A stretch of 64,000 nt of DNA from Podarcis tiliguerta. Lineage: Eukaryota. The notes beneath the pieces are model-generated. The model searched no databases. It was not told the origin of the DNA and saw only the letters and a list, made by a program, of their open reading frames with translations. Shown piece by piece: positions 1 through 11,420 of this stretch; the first letter of the stretch is position 1; each line of letters opens with the position of its first letter. Position numbers and translations under genes: made by a program. The DNA is taken from NCBI GenBank assembly GCA_965153285.1, contig OZ229115.1; one strand, written 5' to 3'.

Positions 1-1509
1 GATTAGAATTCAAAAGGTTTTTTTGAAATATGCTTTTCTATGCAGAATTAATTTAAGTCTCCAGCTGGAACAAAAGCATTGTGTAAAAGTGATATTCTAC
101 AGTTTCACTACTGAACCACATCCATGTGGCCTTGTTATCATTGCAAGAGCTGTTGACTTCAATCAGCACATACTGATAATCACAATAGAAGAATATATGC
201 AGAGCAATAATTTGCATATCAAAATATATTCATATTTGGAATTGTTGGAATGAAAGACAGAAAAAGGGTTTGATTGCTTTCTATCTTTTTGCAAGAGGGC
301 CCTTTCACAAAAAAAGAAAAAAAATACAGTATTTACAGTTTTACTTTCATAAAAGAACAAGAAAACCATTCTTTACTATGGAGAAATCACCCAAAGGTTC
401 CTTTTCTTCTTGAAACAGTTAACTTACATATAGCTATATTTCACCATGATATACCACTTTCATGTATGTCACACTATTTTCACGTATGCCAATGTCATGG
501 AGTGCCATGACTAGCATGTGAGCTAGTTGAAATATCATCTAAAGTAATTCATACAGCATTTTCACACAATAAACTTAATTCACTTGGTCGACAAGCAGAT
601 GTAAAATCTGTAATGTATATAGAAATTTTGCTTTTCACATTCCATGTGATATCATCAATGGTCACAAGTAATACAAATAATACAACATGGTCAAATGAAC
701 AATTTTAGTATCTTGTGTGAAAACTGTCAGGAAGGAAAGGTGACGTCTTCAACCATGCATGAAAAGTATGGGGAAACCATGCAACTATGGTTGCTTTGGC
801 TTCTGGCCTAACCTAAATCTGTTAAGGCATCTGTGAAACACGTTAAGCAGAAGACTTAATGCCTAAACAAGAGTCTTGAAATGCTGTATTGAGCCTAGTT
901 CTCAATGAGGTTATTAGGTTGTGCCTAGGTTGTTACCCTTGGGAATGCAGGGGGAGTACCCTTGAATGTATGGCCACCCATACAAAAAACAATCTCCCCA
1001 TATAATAATGGATGTTGAGATAAGAGATCTGTTTGCAGGGTTGGAAGGGTTTTTTGTACTGGAAGAATGTTCTGTCATGTGAGTCCCCACCTCCAATTAC
1101 TACCTCAATTGAGAACTAGGTGCAATATGGCATTGCATTAACACAGTAGTGAGGTTAAACTGGGCAGAGCATCCATCAGTTTTAAATTGTTTTCCTGAAT
1201 GATACAGAAGTGTGTAAAATTTTGTGGGCCTAATGCCAACTCCTATGTCAATTAATACAAATTATTCTTTTCTGATGAGGTTTTTTCCCCACAATTAGAT
1301 GCAAAAGTTACCAATGTGCAAAATATAAATAAAAGCATTTCCAAATTTTTAATACCAGATTACTGGCAGCTTAATTTAGAACAACTAGAAAGTATAACAC
1401 AAGTGGATTCTGCTTTTTTTTTTAAATGAGTGGAAATGCAAATAAATTATGAACTTATTATTTCAATATTCTCAGATACAGTATTTTATAATAAAAAGGG
1501 GTATGGGGC

Positions 1510-1510
<1 letters not shown>

Positions 1511-1543
<33 letters not shown>
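1511..1543. repeat. (TG)16 microsatellite
   Basis: Directly visible. Confidence 0.97.
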
Positions 1544-1544
<1 letters not shown>

Positions 1545-2962
1545 TAAACAAAGTGAACAAGTCTGGGAAATGGAATGTGATTTTGTAATACTGGTATCTT
1601 TCATATGTGAAAGGGCTGTCCAGTTATAAATATGGTGCCAAAGAAAAAATCTGATTGGGCTCTAATTAGAAGCTATTGATAACTTTCTGAGTCCAAAATG
1701 GTTCTTATTAATTTTTATCAATACAAGTAAGAAATAGAGCAGAACAGAATTGGAATTTTTTTGGTAGCTTCAAAGATAGCACAAGTTAACTTTTGGAAAT
1801 TTCCAAAAAAATTGCTTTCCACTTTGGGAGGTTTATGGAATGATATCAGCATAGCCATAGCAGGAATGCATATGTTAAAGAATCCATGCCTGAGTTGGCT
1901 TTTTTCTTTTGTACCTTCTTCTTTTGTGTTGTGTATTTTAGATTCTAAGCCTTAGGGCAGGGGCTGTGTTGGATCACTAAACTTTAATTGGAAAAAGCAG
2001 TATGAATAAATAAATAAATAAATAAAGCTTTAGCAAACACTGTCCCAAAGAAGGCCTTTTATTTTCTCAATAACTACAATAACTTTATTTAGTATGTGAA
2101 CACGAAGTGTCCACATGAAATTGCAGGACAATGAACTATACATCTTAGGGAAAGTGCAACATACGCATTAAAGGAACATATAAATTCAACTTTCAGCCAA
2201 ACCCCAAGCATAGAGGACTTCCTTTCCATACTGTGGTATCTGAATCAATATAATACTACCAACATGTGTGGTGCTCATCATTTTTTAAGCCCAGGATACT
2301 CTCAATGAGATTTGTGGTGAGGCATAGGGCAAGGCCTATCAAATAAAATGCCCTGCCCTTCTGCATGCATAAACAGGCTCTCTCACCAAAATCTATGATC
2401 TTCAAAAGTATTTTCTAAAACAACCTCACTAACTTTTTGAGTAATACTTTTTAAAGTATGTATGTTTGATGTTGTCTCAAACAACTGAGGTACATGAGGA
2501 TCTACAACTTGCTACATTATAATCAGGGTGCCATCTGATAGTGAATACTAACAACTTGACAAATGACAATAATCTTCAGAGCATGACAACAGTATTAAAA
2601 CAATCAGCTGATCTAGCAGTTGCTATTAGCTGGTTATGTTAACCTTAAAATATTTAACAGCCTATAAAAACTATATACCAAATTATGCAATATGTAATTT
2701 TGAACGCAATTAATAGCAAAATAAAATATGGGAAAATATTATGCTAAATCATGTGTTGCGTGCAGTAAGTAGTTATTTTAAGTAGCTTACTTAATACGTT
2801 GTTGGAGCACTGTGCAGCTTAGTTTTAAATTCAGAATAAGAATAAGTGTGTGATGGATTTCTACAGTCTACTCATAACCACATATTAGTAGAGTAGAAAT
2901 TCCTATAGAACTATGACATATGACACCCTTGAAACATAGCAGTATAGCCTCACTGTGCGCAT

Positions 2963-4006
2963 CTATTTTTCAGAGAGTTTCTTTTTCAAAGAGGCAGGCA
3001 TCTCAGGTGGTGGGGGCCGGGGTAGCTTGAGATAAACCTTAACTGAGTCATAGATGAACCACTGAAGGGCAGTGAGGGTGCCAATCATTAAGATGCGGGT
3101 AAATAGCCCTTTCCAGATGCCTTTCATACCCAATTTCTTGAGGACGCCTACAGCAGTGCTGCCCTTTTCTTTATTGAGCACAGATATCACAGAATCAGCT
3201 GGGTGTGAGACTACAGCGCAAAAGACTCCAGCAATATATCCACCAACAAATGTGACTCCAAGTTGTTCCATTTTGGTGCACTGATCCCGTGGTTTGGGCA
3301 TGACGTATTTGTAGAGAGCCTCTACAGTTCTTTCAAAGCAGGAAAACTTCATCATGGTGTAAGGGATCTGCCGCATCCAGAGTGGAGCCACCCCCTTGTA
3401 GAAAGCCCACAGCCCTTCTTCAATGTACATCTTGGGAGCTGCCTCCCGCAGAGTGTTGGCAAAGCCATGCTGGGTCTGAATTCGTACCTTGGCAGCTTCC
3501 ATTGGGGACAAAGCAATGTCAGCAAAGAACTCAGCACTGGCTGAAGCAGCGAGGTAAACGCTGGTACGCCACAGATAAGCTTGTTCGGGACCCAACAAAT
3601 CAGAGTAATATATCTTGAAGTACTCGTAGAGGCCAAACTTGGCAAGTCCTTGCATGGAGTAGCCTATGGCTGTTGGAGCCCACCCCTTGACCAGACCACG
3701 CATTCCCTCCTCTTGCACAGTGAGACTAAGCCCCTGAAAAAGTCCCCGATAGCGCGTAGGTTCCACTTGCATGCGGCACTTCACCACATCCAGCGGGCAT
3801 ACTGCTGTATGGGTTGCGCCACAGCTCACCACGCCACCCAGGGAGCATAGTATGAGGTAAGTCGTTGACCCATACTCACAGCTATACTCTTCCTCTGGTG
3901 GAGGTGGAGGAGGGGCCGCTTTTTTGGTTGCAGCTGCTGCTGACAGGCAGCGCCGATGTTTGCACACAGAGAGTGGACTGCTGTTCAGGGAGGCCACTGC
4001 ATCCAT
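2963..4006 (-). CDS. Intronless SLC25A3-like mitochondrial phosphate carrier (retrogene), 347 aa from the ATG at 4006; the frame stays open upstream to an ATG at 4324
   Basis: Single uninterrupted ORF with phosphate-carrier motifs: YSCEYGS, THTAVCPLDVVKCRMQ, KGWAPTAIGYSMQGLAKFGLYE, LSPMEAAKVRIQ, RQIPYTMMKF, SHPADSVISVLN, LQWFIYDSVKV and PRPPPPEMP. The ATG at 4006 has a strong Kozak context (GGCCATGG) and is followed by a basic, Ser/Ala-rich leader resembling a mitochondrial presequence. The parental SLC25A3 has multiple exons. Confidence 0.93.
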   Translation of the reverse strand: MDAVASLNSSPLSVCKHRRCLSAAAATKKAAPPPPPPEEEYSCEYGSTTYLILCSLGGVVSCGATHTAVCPLDVVKCRMQVEPTRYRGLFQGLSLTVQEEGMRGLVKGWAPTAIGYSMQGLAKFGLYEYFKIYYSDLLGPEQAYLWRTSVYLAASASAEFFADIALSPMEAAKVRIQTQHGFANTLREAAPKMYIEEGLWAFYKGVAPLWMRQIPYTMMKFSCFERTVEALYKYVMPKPRDQCTKMEQLGVTFVGGYIAGVFCAVVSHPADSVISVLNKEKGSTAVGVLKKLGMKGIWKGLFTRILMIGTLTALQWFIYDSVKVYLKLPRPPPPEMPASLKKKLSEK

Positions 4007-7000
4007 GGCCCTGTAGCCGCCTGAGGCCTTGTACAAAAGTGGGGGTGGAGGGCTGCCTCTGCTGTTTCCCTTAGAGCTCCAGGAAGCGGGGCAAGCAACT
4101 GTCCAGAGTCGAGACCAGAGCTTGGGTTGGGGGTAAGTGCAAGACCTAGAGGCCTCCATTTCCTCCAGGTCCCTGATGGATCTGCTGTTGACACCCGTTC
4201 TCCAGGAAGTATAGGCAGCTGCACTCCACAGCCAAGGTATGTTCTGGGAGGTGGTGAACCTGGTGCTGCTAGTCTCCTCCTTCCAGGATCTGCATTTTCC
4301 CTGGTCTGCAGAAGGACAAGGCATATTCAGCGCAAGGGAGAAGGGCCAGGAGCAGATTAATGGCTACTTTCCCAACTGCCACGAATCCCAGGGTTCTTCT
4401 AACCATAGAGACTCAACCTCCAAAGGAAGGATTGGCCCTCCCAGTGGGTGCGGACTGTGCACTGCATACACTCTAGCCTACTCCACGTGGCTTTGCTGAA
4501 AGCCGCAAGGCCTCAGTGGGCCAAAACAGGCCTAGCACTATGGAAGCAGGCTTTTAAATACATAAAAGAGGATGGGCACTGGTTATGTTGCCCTGAGGAT
4601 TAGACTCTCTTTAATAATAAGATTTAACCACAATATAGAAGAGTTTGCTGGAGGTTAAAAGTAACAGGTGTAAAAATACATTTATCTTCCATATTTAAAT
4701 AATCAGAGGCTGGCTGTTCACTCATTCATTTCTTCCTAACACCTTTGGGAGAAATAAGACAACATGGGATTCCCCAAAAGATGTTAAGCCTTAACCTTTA
4801 ACTGCTAAAGGTTTGAGTTTGATGTAAATAAAGTAGACAGTGGTTGTATGTTACTGGCTAACAGATAGCCAGCACGGTCCTAGTGGCTATATGTCACTCA
4901 GCATAAACTAAATGGCACCATGATCTCCTAAGAAGGAGGTGCATGGATACTTAGAAAACAAACATTACTTATTGGATGTGAATTGTGAAAAAAGGTAGCT
5001 TGTTAGTGGAAAATAAAGCTGGGGGAAAGATGGGAAATATAATGGGAGAGAGTTACAGGATAAAAGAGGGATACAGAGAAGTGGGGATTTCAGGATAGTG
5101 TTTTGTGGTAGAATGGATTATCTGAGAAAAGGTTTGCCAGATCTGCATGACCAGTGCTTGTTTTGTAATGGTACTCACTGGTAGAAAGTACCATTGCATC
5201 TTTTTTTTTTGCTGCCTATGGCAGCCATTTTGTATTGTCTTTGATCAAGATTACATAAATAAATAAATGTCTCCTGCCATTAGATTTCTGAGCATCAAGG
5301 TTTAAAATAGTGATCTTTTTAACCTCAATGTATTATTGGGGATTTTAATGTACATAAAGCTAGTTGGATATTTCCATCTCATATTCAGATTAACCCTCCA
5401 GTGTCTGTCCAGGTGTAATCTGTCAGAAACCACATACCAATGATGGGTGGGGCCAGAGACAAAAGTGTATGGGACACCCCTTCTCTTCCCCAGCTCTCTT
5501 TCTGAAACCCACTTTCCCCACACCTACAGGAAATTAGTCTGAGGGTCACATAAAAGTAGGCTGAGGACTGAAGGTTGCCTTCCTGTGCTCTAGGGCTACA
5601 GGGGAGTGGTGCTAAGAATTTTCCACACTGTTGTAAGAATGTATTAGAAGGCTGAAAATACGTTTTGACAAAGATAAAATAGACCTGGCAAAGCTTTCCT
5701 TATTTTCTGGCCAAACCTCTGCTGCTGCCATTGCCACTGCTACTACGGCTGTGGCTTAGAATATTACCTTTCATCGTTCTCTCACTGTCATCTGTTCACT
5801 GTCTTCTTTAAAACAGCACTTTAAATATTTGAGAGCTACTAATATGCCCTCATTCTCCTCTTAATGCAAAGTAACTTGCATAAATGTTTGTTTCTGACTC
5901 TACCTCATATTCATAGTGCTAAATTTAAATTCAAATTTTTTAACTGTAATGAAGGAAACAAAGCTTCAATGTGCTCTCAGGCAGGGATTTATTGTGGGAT
6001 TGATGCTGTTCATGCATACAAGTTTTTTGCAGCACCCACACAACATCATTGGCATAAAAATGACAACCTGTATTTCCCCCTATTTAATGTGGCTTTACAC
6101 TTTCCATGGAATTTTCAGTAAGTTAAAGAATACCTCTTGTCCATTTGCTTTCTGTAAATGACCCATTTGTAATAAGGTGCTATCTGGAAGCACCATTAAG
6201 TTTAATGTTTTCAAGGATAAATGATGAGCATATTAGTTGTCCCCACTACATGCAAAAGGAGAATGCTAGGCAACTAACTACAGTATGTGGCTGTTTCATT
6301 TCCTCATGTTATTGTGTTTTGCAAGCAAACTGCAGCTTCACAAAAATGGCCAAGAGGGACAATGTCAGGGCCTGAGAGAAGGTCTGCTTTTAAAGCAGAT
6401 TGCTTGTCCTGCTGTGAAGTAGCAAAAAGCTAGAGAGGGCAGTGCCTGGAGGAGGCACTGCTGTGTAGGTCAAGTTCTTCGACAGCAGAACCCTCTAGCA
6501 GAAGTTGACCTTTCGGCAACTGTTGGACACAATAGCTCCTAAGCAGTTTCTGAAAGGACTTCTGAAAGTATCTATTTTCACAAAATTAGAGTTGTGGACA
6601 ATGAACCAGCTTCGTGATCCACATCGTCGTCTTTTTCCTGGAGTGGTGGTATGATTTAAAGCCGGTACGTGTTCCCAGGTCTGTTTCCTTCACAATAGAA
6701 AGTCCTGGATTCTTGTACATTTCAGAAGGTTAGCGGCACCCATATTTAACAATATAAATTATGAAAAGAACACAGGCACTTCAAAGCTTAGCTGAGTAAA
6801 CAGTACATGAAGTTTTGTAGATATCAGGGAGTTTCTGAAGCTGCACTTGGCCATTTTCTCTAAGCCAGCCTTTTTGGACCTGGATATTTGGCTAATGGAC
6901 ATTTTTTTAAAAAATAGATCCAGTTTTTATAGGTTTTTATTTTCACTAAAATTCTGTTTCTGTTAGTTCTTGCTTGTTCCATTGGGAGGCTCAGACTTCA

Positions 7001-8501
7001 CTATTAACCATTGTAAAAAACCCCCTCTTTTTTTACCTCAACTTTTCCTTTGAGTCCCCAGAAGCCATTTCCTTAATTTTATAAGACTGACAATTTAGAA
7101 AAACTTTTAACCGGTTTGGACTGATTGAAGTTCAGGAAGATGCATTTTAGGGGGTAGCAACACGTATACATGCATTATTGGTAGTTTGGTTAATTATTTT
7201 TATTTGCAGCTCTAACCTTGCTTTCCATTTATAAATTGCAGTTTTATATTTCATTCATGCATTCTTTTTATTCTTATATTTCAGTTACTGCAGAGTTTTT
7301 ATATTTTTGTCACTTATATGCTTTGATTTAATAAATATTTCCAATTAATTTTGTTTTTCAGTATATACATACATAAGAGGGGATCAGCATTACACCCATT
7401 GCCTCTGCCCATGATTTCTATGTGTTAAGTGAAAGTGACCTTTTTGGTTATAATTTATCTGTTTCTGTTTTTAACGTTGTTGTTTTTATATTGATGCATG
7501 ATACTTTTAACTTGTAACTCTGAAATTGCTTGCAATGAAGAAAGGGATATAAATATTTATAACAAATAAATAACAGTGTTAAATTGGCCTCTATGTGTGT
7601 ATAGCTATGACCCTGTGTGAACAGGGTTCCCAATTTATTATCAGACTTTTGCACAATTAAGTACCGTACAGTGTACAGCAATTAGCTTGATGGTTATATA
7701 GCTTGCCTTGTAACATACTGAATATCTTGTGTGGCTGTTTGGAGTTTTTAAAGAAGGCATATTAGTGCCCGTAAATGAGCTATCCATAATTGTCCATGAG
7801 TAAAAGCTGACCAAGGAATCTGGCAGAAATGGGTGGAAAAACAGCTGAAATAATATTTTTGGGTGAAACAATAGTTTATGGTTGCCCTTCATTTATTTTA
7901 TGAAAACAAGGTGTTGTATAACTAAAGACATACATAAGTTGCTTGTTTCTGTAAATGTATTATATGGAAAACTCATATAATAAAAAGAACAAAGCATTGA
8001 GGGTGCTGTCCCATAACATCTGAGGGGCCACATGTGAAGCTGGCCAGTTTTTAATTAACCAAAAGCCAACACTGGTTTAAGCAGCCCCAGGTAGGGCCAG
8101 CACAAGAATCACTCAGCCATGTGGTTAACCAGTGCCAGTAAAACAACACTATCTCAGTGAATGCTGCCGCTCTCATGTCCGGTTAAAGCTCAAAACTGAG
8201 CAGCCTGCTTCTTAAGAAAAATTATTGCAGGACCACTAGAAGACAGAGTTCCTTATCTTCTGCTAGCAATCGCCTGCAGTCCTTAAACCAAAAGCCCCAC
8301 CTCCTTTCTGACAGAGGGAGAAGAGAGTCAGCAAGCTTAGAACACTTGATTTTAAAAAACAAAGGTTTTTGAGGATATGCAATGCCACCCACCCACCTAT
8401 TGCTCTGTTGAAGTCTTCTACAGGAGTTCTACTGGGGGCTGGCCAATTGTTTCTTTTCTTTTTGGAGCCGAACTCCTCCCCTTCTGCAGGCCCAGGCTTA
8501 C

Positions 8502-8518
8502 TAGCTATATTGTAGCTA
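8502..8518. promoter_or_regulatory. Candidate DM-domain binding site about 75 nt upstream of the DMRTB1 ATG
   Basis: TAGCTATATTGTAGCTA. The core GCTATATTGTAGC is one mismatch from the DMRT pseudopalindrome GCTACATTGTAGC. Confidence 0.4.
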
Positions 8519-8591
8519 TTCTCTGCAGCCTCTTAAGAGCAGATTCAGACCTGCTGCCTTGGTGTGGTGGGGCTGCAGACGGTTGCCTGCC

Positions 8592-9024
8592 ATGGAGTCG
8601 CAAGATGCAGCTGCTCAGTCTCTCCGGGCCCCCAAATGCTCACGCTGCCGGAACCACGGCTTTGTGGTACCCGTGAAGGGCCACGCAGGCCACTGCCGCT
8701 GGAAGCAGTGCCCATGTGAAAAATGTGCTCTCATTACTGAACGCCAGAAGATCATGGCTGCACAGAAGGCCTTGAAGAGGCAGGGACCGGACTCCCCGCT
8801 CAGGGAAATGTTGCCACCTGGTCAGCACAGTCCCAGCGATGAACAGGTGGCAACCACAGGTAGCGGCAGAAAGTGCTCCAGGCTGAATCTTTCAGAACCC
8901 CACACCCAGGGGTCTGTTGTGCAGGAAGGAGCCAAGGGGACTTCTGCAGCAGTTAGCCACTCTATGAGGACAAGGACTGCCAGGACACCACCCAAAGCCA
9001 GCTCTCCAACCTTCATAGACTTAG
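8592..9024 (+). CDS. DMRTB1: DMRTB1 (DMRT6) coding exon 1, containing the DM domain
   Basis: Start context [58 protein letters not shown] carries the DMRTB1-type signatures VPVKGHAG and QKIMAAQK. Donor TTAG|GTATGT at 9024/9025, phase 1. Confidence 0.95.
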
Positions 9025-9105
9025 GTATGTGGCCCAGCTCAAAGCTCTGCTTCAAACAGGCGGATGTGTTCATAGCCATTATTTTAATGTATTTTTAATC
9101 TTTGT

Positions 9106-9176
9106 TGGAAGCTGCCCAGAGTGGCTGGGGAAGCCCAGCCAGATGGGCGGGGTACAAATAAATTATTATTATTATT
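9106..9176 (+). mobile_element. L2 LINE 3' terminal fragment in DMRTB1 intron 1
   Basis: GGAAGCTGCCCAGAGTGGCTGGGG...GATGGGCGGGGTACAAATAAATTATT is near-identical to the tail of the L2 at 18086-18150. Confidence 0.8.
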
Positions 9177-11193
9177 TTATTTTGCATTTATGCACCAAAT
9201 GTTCCACCCGCTCTGCCTCAATAATTTCTGTTTTCTGTTGTTGAGATTTAGTACTGGTGCTGCTATTTGGGATTTATTCTTCCCTGAAAAAGATAGTATG
9301 GATATATTTATTTATTTTGCAGTTCCATATCCTGCTTGAGGACTTTGTAGCTGCAGGAATTTAGTCTTGGATGCTGCTTGACCATGTTTCATTGTTGCAG
9401 AAAAGAAAGAAAAACCACCCCACAAATCTATACAGCCGGTCTTTGTTTTAAGAGTGAAATGAGCTTGCAGCAGGCCCTGCGCAGCACAGAATTGCCAATA
9501 GAGCAACAAGACTAACCCAGAGTCTGGACTTAAAATGAAGTTTGTTGTATTTTACAGGCATCTCCTTTAGCAAGGGGAATATATCACAGCCAGTGCAAAT
9601 AAACAGGGAAGTTACTGCCATTTGTTAGGACCGGGTGTGTAAAATATAAAAGAGAAAAGCAAACCTGGGATTTGACTGTCGTCTTATGAAAAAATATTTT
9701 TGCAATGAAAGTGGTGCTCATATGTGGCTGCTTTTACAAATATCTAGAGCTGCAGTGAATTTTGGGAGGGGAAAATCAAGATCTAACTTTGCAAAATTAA
9801 ATTTTATTTTACAATACTTAGATTTTTTGGGTCTGCATTCTCATTATTGAATTTAAGGGTTAAAGTAACAACATGGAGTTTAGAAAATGTTAAATCTAGC
9901 AAGTTGATAGCAATAGTGCCTTAAATCAACAAGCTGTAAGTAAAACAAATTTATCAAAAACATATATGTTGCAAAATGTTGTCTTTAAGCTCTGCAATTT
10001 TCCTCAGTTTTAAATTTTCAGAACATGTTGGTTCAGTTCTAAAAAATATGTGGTTAATATGACTTCAACATGCTCTCTAGCTGTTTAATTCTATTATCTC
10101 TATTTTGTGCTAACTTTAATTGTGGTTTGCCATCTACTGGTTTGTTAGTGTACTAAACACTATTAAAACAGCCTGTATGTTATTCTTTTATTTAGACTTA
10201 GCATTAAACCTGTGAGCTTGTTTTCAAATGCATCAGGTTGTGTTTTGTTTTCTTTCGAAATACGTACTGATAAATCTTCCAGCCACAAGTGCTGCAAATT
10301 CAGAGGCCCTGGTAGTGTTTAACTTAGCTTCAATACTACATGGTGTCTAGAATCTTTTAACCTGTGAGTAGGAATGGTGTCTCTGGACATTCTCCAGCTG
10401 GGTGGGAGCCATTTATCCATGAGTACCTCTACATAGCTGTAAAAACATTTAGATAACCCAGCCAGAGGCGTAACTGGGTCCCTTGCACCCTTGGCAAGGA
10501 GCTGTATTGGTGGCACCACCCCCAGAAAAAAATCTGACTTTACAGTAATAGCCACATTAGAAATTGCTGAATTTTATGCTACCTAAGTACTTGAAGTGAC
10601 CGGAGTTAGTGTGAGGATTGGAGGAAGGGTGAAAACATTTGCATGTCTTTGTTCTGTGGTGCAATAAGGATGGGAAGCTTGTTCCACTTTTGATCTCACC
10701 ACGACAGTGGTCTACCTTCATACCGCCTTGCCATTTCTCCTACAGCTCAGCTCCCCACTCTTGTCTAAATTCACAACTTTACACAGATAGCTGGAGAAAG
10801 ATTTCTGGGGTGATTATTCCTTCTCCCTGGGCCTGCGCCTTCAGTGAAGGCCTGTTTCACCAGCCCCTAAGTACACCTCTGAACCCAGCTATGTAGGTAC
10901 AACCCAATTGTAAGGTTCTTTCCCACAGACCTGGCAATTTGCCCCAGTGCAGTGAGAATTATGACCTTCTCTCCATGTTTTGGCAATTGAAGCATCCTAG
11001 CTGCACAGAGCTGGTCCTGGATAATCATCTCATACAATCTCAATCATACAATGTTGGGAGGACATCTAAAAAGGACCTACTCATGAATATTCAAATAGTG
11101 GAAGCACAGCATTTTCAAGATGCTAAAATACATGGAAATCTTACATATATTGTTTATAACACTATTCCCTTCAACTATTCTATTTCTCTGTAG

Positions 11194-11420
11194 ACCAGCC
11201 TCAAGAATGTGCTGTTGTGGGCCCAGAATCTGTGGAGAGGGAGCCTCCGAAAGTGTATCCCGGGTACTCTGGGATGTACCCTTACCATCCATTTTCTGTT
11301 GGATTCACTATCAACCAATCAGGCTACAGAGGTCCTTCACCTGCCTCTGTCTTGCCCCTGCAAGCAGGTTTCAGACACTTTCCTAGCAGTCATGGGCCAG
11401 GAGGTGTTGCTTCTATGCCA
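11194..11420 (+). CDS. DMRTB1: DMRTB1 coding exon 2
   Basis: Acceptor tatttctctgtag|AC matches phase 1. Pro/Tyr-rich translation (..EREPPKVYPGYSGMYPYHPFSVGF..). Donor CCA|GTAAGT, phase 0. Confidence 0.88.

Noticed and set aside
1560-1860. Possible L1/Tx1 ORF2 3' remnant (VASKIAQVNFWK..)
   Set aside because: Too degraded to assign without a repeat-library search.
2963-4324. Calling the carrier a processed pseudogene or the parental SLC25A3
   Set aside because: It has no stops or frameshifts despite clear divergence, which argues against a pseudogene. It is intronless, so it is not the parental gene.
6360-7350. Possible old retroelement between the retrogene and DMRTB1
   Set aside because: The composition is suggestive, but no diagnostic motif was recognised.
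8559-9098. ORF-track boundaries for DMRTB1, and likewise 20035-20577 and 22758-23540, as complete proteins
   Set aside because: They start at TTG/GTG and/or run into introns. The spliced models with ATG starts and matching phases fit better.
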